59,096 nucleotides of DNA. It comes from a virus. Lineage: Duplodnaviria > Caudoviricetes. The DNA is taken from positions 1-59,096 of the IMG/VR virus record IMGVR_UViG_3300017782_000016; one strand, given 5' to 3'. Numbering within the stretch: the first letter of the stretch is position 1; each line of letters starts with the position of its first letter. The notes beneath the pieces are model-generated. The model was not told where the DNA came from and did no database searches. It saw only the letters and a program-made list of their open reading frames with translations. The position numbers and the translations under genes were made by a program. Shown piece after piece: positions 8,022 through 16,855 of the stretch.

Positions 8022-9968
8022 ATGCCAAGAAAATATACAAAAAAATCAGATTATTGGAATAAATTCAACCAACCACAACAAGTTGTTTCAGAGGCTTCGG
8101 TAAACGTAGAGCCTGCTAGTTTAGGAGCAGCTTATCATGTTTCAGAAGCTTCATACGGTCGAGCTGGTGCAGCAAACGCAACAAGTCAAAGATCTAGCGC
8201 TAGAATCAATAGATCCGCAGTAACTCCCGCACTTAATAAATATAGTCAAATTCGAGGTGGATTGTTACCTTTTGAATTAACAACAGATGGTGTTAATGTT
8301 AGGGACGCTATAGAGCTTTGCCAAAAAGCTTATGCCAATGTTCCGATTTTTAGAAATACTATAGATATGATGTCCGAGTTTGCTAATACGGATATATATC
8401 TAGAGGGAGGTAACGAAAGTTCCAGAAACTTCTTTGATAAGTTATTTACGAGAATTAAATTATGGGATTTGAAAGACCAGTATTTCAGAGAGTATTATAG
8501 AAGTGGCAATATCTTTTTATACAGAATAGATGGTAAATTTAATTTAGAAGATTTTAAAAAGTTCTCTAGAAGTGTCACGGAAGAGCCTGGAGAGAACAAA
8601 TTTCCACTAAAGTATATTGTTTTAAATCCGTTTGAGATTGTAGCAAAACGAAGCACTGTGTTTAATACCTCTGACGGAGCTTATGCTAAAATACTTTCTG
8701 AGTTTGATTTAGAAAGATTAGCAAACCCTAAAAATGACTATGATCAAGCTATATATGATGCATTAGATCCAGAAGTCAAAAAGCAAATTAAAGATGGAGC
8801 ATATTTTAAGGATGGATTAAAAATTAATCTAAAGAACGACAGATTGGCATATTCCTTCTATAAAAAACAAGATTATGAGCCATTTGCTATACCTTTTGGA
8901 TTTCCAGTATTAGAAGATATTAATGCTAAAATGGAAATGAAGAAGATGGACCAAGCAATCATGAGAACCGTAGAAAATGTGATACTTATGATTACAATGG
9001 GTACTGAACCCGAAAAAGGTGGTATCAATCATCACAATGTCAAAGCAATGCAATCTCTGTTTGCAAATGAATCAGTAGGTCGTGTATTAGTATCTGATTA
9101 TACTACAAAAGCTGATTTCATTATTCCAGATATCAATAAGGTTGTTGGCCCAGGTAAATACGAAGTAATTAACAAAGATATCAAGGAAGGTCTTCAAAAC
9201 ATCATACTTAATGAAGATAAGTACAATGGTGCACAAATCAAAGCTAGAGTTTTCTTGGATAGATTAAAAGAAGCTAGAGAAGCTTTCATTAACGATTTTC
9301 TACAACCAGAAATAAGAAGGGTGGCAAAAGATTTAGGTTTTAGATCTTACCCAACAGTTAAATTTAAAGATATAGATTTAAGGGACGAAGTACAACTGAT
9401 GAGAGTGGCAACTAGACTTATGGAGCTAGGCATTCTTACAGCTGAACAAGGTATGGATATTATTCATACAGGTCGATTCCCAGAATCACAAGAATTAGAA
9501 CAAGCGCAAGATAAGTTTGTTGAACAGCGTAAGAAAGGGCATTACAACCCGATTGTTGGTGGTATACCGATGATAGAAGACGATGCAATTGACGCTCCTA
9601 AACAGAATGTACCTGGAGTTCCAGGACGACCTGTAACAAAACCACAAAACAGAATATCAAGAGAAGCAATACAAGCTACAGTGTATGAAATTGAAGCTTT
9701 GCACTCTTTAGCATCAGAAGAAATGTTAAAGAAAATTAACAAGAAAAAGCTTAATAAAAACCAAACTTCAATGATCAATAAATTGTGCGAATCTGTTGTG
9801 TGTAGCACTGCAAAAGAAAATTGGACAAATTTAGCTATTTCTTGTGTAAATGATTTTACTAACATTGAGAAACTAAGCATTTTAAACGAAGTTTATGATG
9901 TTTCAGATTCACACCAATTAGAAATTTATCCATCAGCAATTTTATACCATTCAAATGAACAAAAATAA
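8022..9968 (+). CDS. Portal protein
   Basis: Position after TerL; size; YANVPIFRNTIDMM, YYRSGNIFLY, PFAIPFGFPVL portal-like segments. Confidence 0.85.
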   Translation: MPRKYTKKSDYWNKFNQPQQVVSEASVNVEPASLGAAYHVSEASYGRAGAANATSQRSSARINRSAVTPALNKYSQIRGGLLPFELTTDGVNVRDAIELCQKAYANVPIFRNTIDMMSEFANTDIYLEGGNESSRNFFDKLFTRIKLWDLKDQYFREYYRSGNIFLYRIDGKFNLEDFKKFSRSVTEEPGENKFPLKYIVLNPFEIVAKRSTVFNTSDGAYAKILSEFDLERLANPKNDYDQAIYDALDPEVKKQIKDGAYFKDGLKINLKNDRLAYSFYKKQDYEPFAIPFGFPVLEDINAKMEMKKMDQAIMRTVENVILMITMGTEPEKGGINHHNVKAMQSLFANESVGRVLVSDYTTKADFIIPDINKVVGPGKYEVINKDIKEGLQNIILNEDKYNGAQIKARVFLDRLKEAREAFINDFLQPEIRRVAKDLGFRSYPTVKFKDIDLRDEVQLMRVATRLMELGILTAEQGMDIIHTGRFPESQELEQAQDKFVEQRKKGHYNPIVGGIPMIEDDAIDAPKQNVPGVPGRPVTKPQNRISREAIQATVYEIEALHSLASEEMLKKINKKKLNKNQTSMINKLCESVVCSTAKENWTNLAISCVNDFTNIEKLSILNEVYDVSDSHQLEIYPSAILYHSNEQK

Positions 9969-10710
9969 AAACGAACTAATCGCAAATATTGACCGTAAAA
10001 ATGGCAATATAGAAATAGCTCTCGCCAACAAATATAGCGAAGCAGAAGCACCAGTGCGTGAAACTTTCCTAGCTGCGTGTGCTATGAAAGATACATACGC
10101 TGTAGACACATCCACAATGGATGACGAACAAACGGTCTCATCATGTGCATCAGCATACGACAATTCAGTTAGACCAATGATAGCAAAAATTCAAGCTAAT
10201 GTAGAAACTTTCTTAGCAAGCTTAGATAAACCACTTATGGCAATCGAAGATTATGCGAAAGCAATCGAAAATTACGCTATTGAAGATTATGCGCAAGAAA
10301 CATTTCTAGCTAATCAAGAAACCTTTTTGGCAAACCAAGAAACTTTCTTAGCAAACCAGGAAACATTTTTAGCTCGATTCCAACCGCTAATGGCTAAATT
10401 TACAAATTCATTTATGGCTGGACTAACTGATCGTCAGAAAAAGAATTTACCTCCAGCTTTACGCAAGGCAATTGTTAAGAAGATGGAATCAGAAGGAAAA
10501 ATCACCCCAGAAGAATCAAAAGCTATGGATCCTTTACTTGCTAATATGGAAACATTCTTAGCAAAAGAAAGAGCTAAAGCTCAAGAAACTTTTTTAGCAA
10601 ACGACCCTCTTTTAGCAGAAGATCAAGATATGTTATCTAAAGATGATGTTAAAAAAGATGTAGTTGCACCTCAAGACGATATCAAAGTTATAGAAAAACC
10701 TAAAAGTTAA
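9955..10710 (+). CDS. Repeat-rich head-module protein (ETFLA cassettes), putative prohead core/internal polyprotein
   Basis: Between portal and protease; eight ETFLA, three IE(D/N)YA and several P(L/M)(M/L/I)A units. Confidence 0.6.
   Translation: MNKNKNELIANIDRKNGNIEIALANKYSEAEAPVRETFLAACAMKDTYAVDTSTMDDEQTVSSCASAYDNSVRPMIAKIQANVETFLASLDKPLMAIEDYAKAIENYAIEDYAQETFLANQETFLANQETFLANQETFLARFQPLMAKFTNSFMAGLTDRQKKNLPPALRKAIVKKMESEGKITPEESKAMDPLLANMETFLAKERAKAQETFLANDPLLAEDQDMLSKDDVKKDVVAPQDDIKVIEKPKS
10294..10374 (+). repeat. Four tandem 21-bp units encoding QETFLA(N)
   Basis: caagaaacatttctagctaat/caagaaacctttttggcaaac/caagaaactttcttagcaaac/caggaaacatttttagct; differences are synonymous. Confidence 0.95.
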
Positions 10711-12272
10711 TGTCAAAATACAACTACACAGCTAGTTTTGATTTTGAAATTACTGCTGGTACTAAAATTGCTGACTTTAATTTATCGGAAGCTAACCTTC
10801 AAAATCTAGAATCTTTAATACCTAAACAAGTCGATCTGAAAAGAAATTCTGACTTGTTAGGTGTTGCGTTCAATGCTGCAGTGGTTAACGAGTTTAACAA
10901 AAATGGAGATGGAATGTGCACAAAAACCGCGATTGATTGTGTGCAACAATTTGTTCATAAGCCAACTAACATCGAACATAATAAAAAGAAAATAGTTGGT
11001 CATATAGTTAATGCTGGATTTAGTGATTATTCCGATAGCACTATTCTAGTTAACGTCGATGAGGATGAAAAGGATCCATTCAATATAGCTCTAGGAGCTG
11101 TGGTTTATAAAACCGTTGATAAGGACTTCTTTGATACGATAAGCAGAAGTGCTCAAAAAGCAAGTAATTTACATAAGGCTGTTTCTGCTAGTTGGGAAGT
11201 TGGGTTTAGTGATTATCAAATTGCTGTAGGAAGTAAAAACCTAAGAGATGCTGAAATCATTACTGATAAGGCGCAAATAGCCAAGATAAAACCTATGCTA
11301 AAAGGCTTTGGTGGCAAAGGAAGATTGGACGATGGAACACCAATTTTCCGTTTAATTTGTGGTACTGTATATCCACTTGGTATTGGTTATACGATGAAAC
11401 CAGCCGCTAATGTAAAAGGTGTAATTGCTGATGAAGAAGGGCTTGAAAATATCGTAAAAGAAAAAGAACAAAAAACAGAAGCAGAGAAAGTAATAGAAAT
11501 AAATACAAAACAAAGCGAACAACTAGAAAAAGTTGCAGCGAAAATTTCACAAAGTTTAAAAAATACTGTAAACAATAACAAAATTATGGACTTAGAAAAC
11601 CTATTAACAGAACTCAAGAGCGATCTTCAAGAGAAGAAATTTTCTCAAGAAGCTATTGCAGGCATGACATCAACATTTGCTGATGCCATTAAAACCAAAG
11701 ATGAAGAGTACAAAGCTTCTCTTGAGACTGCAGAAAATGAGAAGGCGGAAATCGCATCTGCGAATGAAGAACTCAAGAATTCTGTAGAATCAATTAAAGA
11801 GGAACTAGCTACTGCTCAAGAACGCATTGCTGAGTTTGAAAAAGCGCAAGCTGCTGTAGCGGCAGAAGCTACTTTCAATGCTCGCATGGAAGAAATTGAT
11901 TCTATCTACGATTTAGAAGAAAGTGATGCAACTTTCATTGCTGAAAAAATTAAAGGACTTGATTCATCAGAAGAGGCATATGCTTCTTTCAAATCAGAAC
12001 TTGAAGTATTTTGGTCATCTAAAAACAAAGAAGCTAAAGCTAAGATCGAGCAAGAAATTAAAGCTCGTGTCGAAGAAGAAGTTTCTGCTAGATTGAAAAA
12101 TGAGGATTACTATGCTGTAGAGGCTTCAGAAGATGTCAAAGTAGAAGATGCTTTAGACAGCGCAGAAGCAACAACAACAGAAATTCCAAACAATAACGAA
12201 GCTCAAGCTTCATCAACAACTTTAAAAGATAGATTCGCCGCTGCTTTCAGCCGTGAAAATATCACATCATAA
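10710..12272 (+). CDS. Prohead maturation protease fused to C-terminal scaffold
   Basis: NKNGD, KPTNIEH...IVGHI, VSASWEV protease-like motifs; acidic coiled-coil C-terminal half; upstream of capsid genes. Confidence 0.8.
   Translation: MSKYNYTASFDFEITAGTKIADFNLSEANLQNLESLIPKQVDLKRNSDLLGVAFNAAVVNEFNKNGDGMCTKTAIDCVQQFVHKPTNIEHNKKKIVGHIVNAGFSDYSDSTILVNVDEDEKDPFNIALGAVVYKTVDKDFFDTISRSAQKASNLHKAVSASWEVGFSDYQIAVGSKNLRDAEIITDKAQIAKIKPMLKGFGGKGRLDDGTPIFRLICGTVYPLGIGYTMKPAANVKGVIADEEGLENIVKEKEQKTEAEKVIEINTKQSEQLEKVAAKISQSLKNTVNNNKIMDLENLLTELKSDLQEKKFSQEAIAGMTSTFADAIKTKDEEYKASLETAENEKAEIASANEELKNSVESIKEELATAQERIAEFEKAQAAVAAEATFNARMEEIDSIYDLEESDATFIAEKIKGLDSSEEAYASFKSELEVFWSSKNKEAKAKIEQEIKARVEEEVSARLKNEDYYAVEASEDVKVEDALDSAEATTTEIPNNNEAQASSTTLKDRFAAAFSRENITS
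11543..11572 (+). promoter_or_regulatory. Internal bipartite promoter AATTTCACA-N13-ACTGTAAA
   Basis: Same two boxes and spacing as upstream of major tail gene (16826-16855, minus strand); in-frame ATG at 11586. Confidence 0.7.
11586..12272 (+). CDS. Nested in-frame scaffold protein (MDLENLLTELK...)
   Basis: In-frame ATG directly after the internal promoter motif, at the boundary of the coiled-coil region; analogous to lambda Nu3 inside C. Confidence 0.6.
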   Translation: MDLENLLTELKSDLQEKKFSQEAIAGMTSTFADAIKTKDEEYKASLETAENEKAEIASANEELKNSVESIKEELATAQERIAEFEKAQAAVAAEATFNARMEEIDSIYDLEESDATFIAEKIKGLDSSEEAYASFKSELEVFWSSKNKEAKAKIEQEIKARVEEEVSARLKNEDYYAVEASEDVKVEDALDSAEATTTEIPNNNEAQASSTTLKDRFAAAFSRENITS

Positions 12273-12291
12273 ATTTTAACACTTTAATATT

Positions 12292-12978
12292 ATGTCACTA
12301 AGATTATTACCATTCAGACAATATGACGAAAATGACGTCATAAATCTGTTTCGTTTAGGTGACGGTTTAGCAAATGCTCAAATCGACACTGTAGGAAACG
12401 GAGACAACGGGGTGTTTGTCAAAATCGCAACAGGAGATTTCAATCTCGAAACTGTCACATACGGAGCAGATTCTTACCTTGGTAAGACAGATTATCCTTT
12501 TGTCGCTGGCGACCAATATCCTTCAAATCCATTAAGTGTCATCCCTGCTACTAAGAATGATCGCCCATTAGGCCTCACTCTTCAACAAACAGCTAAAGCG
12601 GATGAAAATGGAGAAAAACTATTATATAACGTAACTAAAAAAGAAGAAGCTCAAGCCGTTCTTCCTGGTCAAACTGTTCCTGTTGCAACAAAGGGTATCT
12701 TTACTCTTAGCACAAACGCATTTGACAATCCAAACGGTTTAGAAGGATTCTATGCAGTTGGAACAGGTATTGCTATCGGCGCAACAGACGGTAAAGTAAG
12801 TGGTTCAGCCTTAACGGGTTCATCATTAACAAGCTACTCTAGTAAAAACTTCTCTGAGCACACAGTGTTCGGTACAGTTATTGGTACTGGAAGCCGCCAA
12901 GGTGCATCAAACAGCACAGCATCTACTATCGCAGATCAATTCTCTGGAAACTATATCGTTGTAAAAATCGATTGCTAA
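12292..12978 (+). CDS. Putative capsid decoration/cement protein
   Basis: Between scaffold and major capsid; Gly-rich beta composition. Confidence 0.6.
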   Translation: MSLRLLPFRQYDENDVINLFRLGDGLANAQIDTVGNGDNGVFVKIATGDFNLETVTYGADSYLGKTDYPFVAGDQYPSNPLSVIPATKNDRPLGLTLQQTAKADENGEKLLYNVTKKEEAQAVLPGQTVPVATKGIFTLSTNAFDNPNGLEGFYAVGTGIAIGATDGKVSGSALTGSSLTSYSSKNFSEHTVFGTVIGTGSRQGASNSTASTIADQFSGNYIVVKIDC

Positions 12979-12999
12979 TAGAAAGGAAATATTACAAAA

Positions 13000-14169
13000 A
13001 TGAAAATTACATTAAAAAATACTCCAGAACAAGTTGAGCTTATCAAAGCTATGGCTTCTCGCAACCGCAGTGTTGCTTACGAAGCTCAAACAGCTTTAGC
13101 TGAGTTCATCGGACCAGTGTTAGCAGAAGTCGTAAACCAAGCTCCAGCTTTGTCAAACCTTTTTACAACACTTCAGTACAATTCAGAGGACAATCCTTCA
13201 ATCCCATTAGATCTCTATTTTGATATCACAGATGAGGATTACGTACAGGTATTCTCTCAGTCACGTGCTGGTGGTCTTGCTACTTCAGAAGTTCTTCCAA
13301 CATCATCTGAGTTGAAAGTTGCTACATATTCACTTGATTCAGCTGTAAGCTTCGACAGACGCTACGCTGCTAAATCTCGCATGGATGTAGTTGCTAAAAC
13401 AATGACTCGTGTTGCACAAGAAATTCTTTTAAAACAAAATACAATTTCAGCAAATGTTATTATGCGTGCATTAGCATCTGCAGCAAAGAGCAATGGTCTT
13501 CAATTAGAAGAGTCACATGCTGACAAACGTTTTGTTCTTGCAGACTTAAATCGTATGTTAACTCGTGCAAAAAGAGTTAACACATCATTCGTTGGTGGTA
13601 CTCCAGACGCTCGTCAAGGAAAAGGTATTACAGATATTATCGTTTCCCCAGAGATCGTTGAAGAGTTAAGAGCTATTGCTTATAACCCAATTAGTACAAA
13701 AGAAGCTCCTATTAGTGCAGCTCTTAAAACTTCTAATAATGCTCCAGACTTCATCGCTCAACAAGCATACAGCGCAGCTGGTGCTCCTAGCTTCTATGGT
13801 ATCAACATCATAGAGTTAAGCGAAATGGGTGGTTCTGGACTTGGTGGTTCATCACGCCGCTTTAACGACATCTTCGTTAAAGAGTATGGTGCTCTTGATG
13901 GTACTAACAATATCGCTAAACCTCAAGGTGGAAGTGCTGATGCAGAATTCGCAGCTGCTGACGACTTAGTACTTGGTATTGACCGCACTCGTGAGTCATT
14001 ACTACGTCCTGTAGCAGTCGACGCTGAGAATGGCGCTGAGTTTAACCTTATCGCTGATGATCAATACAGCATCCGTCAAAACAAGATCGGTTACTTCGGT
14101 TCTCTCGAAGAAGGTCGTATTGTTGTTGACAATCGTGCTTTGATTGGTACAGCAGTTAAGGGTGCATAA
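13000..14169 (+). CDS. Major capsid protein
   Basis: 389 aa, end of head operon, highly biased codon use, AAGGA RBS, followed by strong terminator; TDIIVSPE, FYGINIIE HK97-fold-like segments. Confidence 0.85.
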   Translation: MKITLKNTPEQVELIKAMASRNRSVAYEAQTALAEFIGPVLAEVVNQAPALSNLFTTLQYNSEDNPSIPLDLYFDITDEDYVQVFSQSRAGGLATSEVLPTSSELKVATYSLDSAVSFDRRYAAKSRMDVVAKTMTRVAQEILLKQNTISANVIMRALASAAKSNGLQLEESHADKRFVLADLNRMLTRAKRVNTSFVGGTPDARQGKGITDIIVSPEIVEELRAIAYNPISTKEAPISAALKTSNNAPDFIAQQAYSAAGAPSFYGINIIELSEMGGSGLGGSSRRFNDIFVKEYGALDGTNNIAKPQGGSADAEFAAADDLVLGIDRTRESLLRPVAVDAENGAEFNLIADDQYSIRQNKIGYFGSLEEGRIVVDNRALIGTAVKGA

Positions 14170-14191
14170 ACATTCTTAAAACCTTTAAATT

Positions 14192-14222
14192 GGGTCACTC
14201 TTCGGAGTGGCCCTTTTTTTTT
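14192..14222 (+). terminator. Rho-independent terminator
   Basis: GGGTCACTC-TTCG-GAGTGGCCC hairpin (C(UUCG)G loop) followed by T9. Confidence 0.92.
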
Positions 14223-14229
14223 AGAAAAA

Positions 14230-14235
14230 GTGTAA
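14230..14235 (+). promoter_or_regulatory. GTGTAA putative late promoter
   Basis: Immediately after terminator, 18 nt before ATG 14254. Confidence 0.7.
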
Positions 14236-14253
14236 ATTAATTTATAATATATT

Positions 14254-14874
14254 ATGGAAGAAGACAAATCCCTACACGAATTAAAAGAAGAAACGATCGA
14301 AGATATGGCTACAGCTATCGAAAATGATGAAGTAGCGATACCTTTAGAAGCTAATGGCAAAGAAGAAGAAGAAGAAGAAGAAGAGGAAAATACTCCAGAT
14401 TTAGGCGATTTAGAGTATGCTGATGGTAAGGTTAGAGATGAATTAGATCTAATAGAGGAAGAAGAAAAAATCTATGGAACAGATCTATTAAGTCCATTTA
14501 AAACCGCCGATATAAGAGTTCTAAAAAGAAAATTAGAAACAATGTCTATGGAGAAAATGCAAGATATAGCAGACAAAGTAGCTGCAAGACATTACTCATC
14601 ATCTGAAGATCAAAAGCAAGAAATAATAGATGCATTTAGAAATTGGTCGTCGACAAACGGGTCTTTTCAAACAGATGCCACAATAAAAGCTGAAAAAGGT
14701 GCAAGATCTGATGCATTTGAAGATGCTGAAAGTGTAAACAAATTAGAGGAAAAGCTAAAATCTAAAACACTGTCAGACCTTCAAGCTACAGCAGCGAGAC
14801 TAGGGTTCAATCCTGGCTTTGATAGAGAAAAGCTTATTACTGTAATTAAGCAAGAATATCGAAGACAATCATGA
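14254..14874 (+). CDS. Acidic hypothetical protein with two short helical repeats (Rho-N/HeH-like)
   Basis: LETMSMEKMQDIADKV and LKSKTLSDLQATAARLG...REKLI; poly-Glu tract. Confidence 0.55.
   Translation: MEEDKSLHELKEETIEDMATAIENDEVAIPLEANGKEEEEEEEEENTPDLGDLEYADGKVRDELDLIEEEEKIYGTDLLSPFKTADIRVLKRKLETMSMEKMQDIADKVAARHYSSSEDQKQEIIDAFRNWSSTNGSFQTDATIKAEKGARSDAFEDAESVNKLEEKLKSKTLSDLQATAARLGFNPGFDREKLITVIKQEYRRQS
14362..14382 (+). repeat. (GAA)7 microsatellite within poly-Glu tract
   Basis: Direct reading. Confidence 0.9.
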
Positions 14875-15332
14875 ACATAATTGACCTAGCGAACGAAGTA
14901 TATCACAACGAGTTTGATTCCACTGGAGTTTCACCCACAACTATATCTGGTTGGTTCGCTAATAACTTAGGCACGCTTAATACGTACATATACACAAGCT
15001 TCTCTGGAGCCGATGGTGCAATCTCTAATTTTGGCCTAGAAGAGGCTGATATCTATAAAGAGATGTACATGTATCACCACTACACAAAACAAGCTAGAAA
15101 CACGCTTAGAGGCATCGCTACGGACACAAATGGAAACATATTAAGTGTGCGTGACGGGGACAACAGCATTACCTTCGTAAATAAGAACGAAGTAACTAAA
15201 GTTTATAAAAGTTTAGCCAATGATTCTTACGACAAAATGTTAAGAATGATACAGAGCTATAATAGTTATAATGCCTCTCCGAGACAAGTTGGTGGCGTAG
15301 AAAGCTTAGTGAGCATAAGTGGCACTTATTAA
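14871..15332 (+). CDS. Putative head-tail adaptor/connector
   Basis: Size, position after capsid, ILSVRDGDNSITF beta hairpin typical of adaptors. Confidence 0.55.
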   Translation: MNIIDLANEVYHNEFDSTGVSPTTISGWFANNLGTLNTYIYTSFSGADGAISNFGLEEADIYKEMYMYHHYTKQARNTLRGIATDTNGNILSVRDGDNSITFVNKNEVTKVYKSLANDSYDKMLRMIQSYNSYNASPRQVGGVESLVSISGTY

Positions 15333-15368
15333 TATTTAAAATACGAAACACTGATTATGTGAGTATAC

Positions 15369-15395
15369 AAAAAAACCCGCCTTTCGGCGGGTTTT
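15369..15395. terminator. Bidirectional rho-independent terminator between convergent genes
   Basis: A7-CCCGCC-TTTC-GGCGGG-TTTT. Confidence 0.9.
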
Positions 15396-15415
15396 GTGTT
15401 TTGTAAATTTGATTA

Positions 15416-16810
15416 CTAGTTTGCTCTGACGAAGTTAGATCCGAACACTCTCTTTGTATCATCTGGATGACCATGTTGGCCAGAGAAGAAAATGTTATTG
15501 TTGGTATCATCTGGACCACCGATTGTAACAGAGAATGTCAAATCGACTGTTTTGTTAGGTCCGATACTTGAACTAACTGATTCTGATTCTATTTTAGCAT
15601 TCTTTAGTGTGTACTCAACTTGTTTAGCACCTGCTGTATTAGAGAATGAGAATGATAATTGATCAATGAAATCATCGTTTGCAATAATGTCGTGCAAAGC
15701 TTGTTGTTTAGCAGAATTAACAACAGCACTAACTGATAGTGTTGGAGTAATTGGGAAATCTGCCACACGAGCGAAAGCGAATGTTGAACCAAGTTTTTCA
15801 ATTGGTGTTCTAGATAAAGGAACACTTAATGAAATACTTTGAACGTGACCAGCGCTTGAATCACTTGCATCAACGTTAAAGAATGATTTTCCATTGGTTA
15901 GTGTCAATGTCATGTCACCTGGTTTTAAAGCTGTTGTAAGCGCAGTTTGACCTACACCAGTAGCTTCTGAAGGCCCTTCTAGAACGATTCCAGATTTCAT
16001 AACTGATAACTGATTTCCGTCAACAACGTTAACACCTACACCACTAACTGCACCAGATGCACCGATAAAGTTAGTATCTTCTGGATCAACAGCAAGCATT
16101 TTCACTTGTTCTTGTCTTTTTGTTTCTCCATCAGAACCTGTTAATAAACCTGCATCTCTAGGATGTCCACCGACACCAAAAGATAATACTTTAGGTCCAA
16201 AACTTGCTTGGTGATGATTTTTTTCTGCTGCTGCAGAGGCACCTTCGATGTCTCCACCGTGAGCTCCAAGTCCTGTCACACCAACAACTCCTGTTGTAGA
16301 ATTAGCATTAAGACCTTCAAGAGAAACTGTAACAGTTGGGAAATCTCCAACTGAAGCATCTACAGTATAATCTGATAGATAACAATTTCCTAGTCCAATA
16401 ACATTGTTGTCAAAATCTTGAGTAGTTCTTGCAACGTTAGCGTCAACACCTTCTGGTGTTGTTAACATATAAAGATTAATTCCACTAGTTGCCTGCTCTG
16501 ATGTTGCAGAAATCTGATTTGAAATAAATCCTGTAGCGAGAGAACCAGAGGTAAACGAAAATCCTAGAGCTGACTCATTGTAACCATCTCCAAGCAAATA
16601 ACTTAAATCAACTGACACAGTTGGTGTCTCTAGGATGGTTGAGTCAATTCTGGCAAGTTGACCAAACTGGTTCACGTCGGTTCTATTAACGTTAAAGGAG
16701 TAATTAGCAGATTGAACTCGTCTTAATTGCTGGTGTTCATCGATACCAGTGGAACGAACTGATTTACTCGCGTATAACGCATCTGATTGATAAATGATTC
16801 TATTAGCCAT
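15416..16810 (-). CDS. Probable major tail tube protein
   Basis: Last gene of neck block, own promoter and terminator; RVQSANYSF...QFG / HVQSISLSVPLSRTPIEKLGS duplication. Confidence 0.7.
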   Translation of the reverse strand: MANRIIYQSDALYASKSVRSTGIDEHQQLRRVQSANYSFNVNRTDVNQFGQLARIDSTILETPTVSVDLSYLLGDGYNESALGFSFTSGSLATGFISNQISATSEQATSGINLYMLTTPEGVDANVARTTQDFDNNVIGLGNCYLSDYTVDASVGDFPTVTVSLEGLNANSTTGVVGVTGLGAHGGDIEGASAAAEKNHHQASFGPKVLSFGVGGHPRDAGLLTGSDGETKRQEQVKMLAVDPEDTNFIGASGAVSGVGVNVVDGNQLSVMKSGIVLEGPSEATGVGQTALTTALKPGDMTLTLTNGKSFFNVDASDSSAGHVQSISLSVPLSRTPIEKLGSTFAFARVADFPITPTLSVSAVVNSAKQQALHDIIANDDFIDQLSFSFSNTAGAKQVEYTLKNAKIESESVSSSIGPNKTVDLTFSVTIGGPDDTNNNIFFSGQHGHPDDTKRVFGSNFVRAN

Positions 16811-16825
16811 AATATTTTAATATTC

Positions 16826-16855
16826 TTTACAGTTAAACTTTATAAATGTGAAATT
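16826..16855 (-). promoter_or_regulatory. Bipartite promoter AATTTCACA-N13-ACTGTAAA
   Basis: Identical boxes and spacing to 11543-11572. Confidence 0.7.

Noticed and set aside
10294-10374. 21-bp tandem repeat as a CRISPR array or DGR repeat
   Set aside because: No spacers, variation is synonymous and in frame, and no cas or reverse transcriptase gene is in the window
9955-10710. ETFLA protein as an arbitrium-like secreted peptide or RiPP precursor
   Set aside because: No signal peptide, receptor or modifying enzyme nearby; head-module context favours protease processing, retained as a finding in that form
14362-14382. (GAA)7 as a phase-variation tract
   Set aside because: Triplet unit keeps the frame; it only alters poly-Glu length in a disordered region
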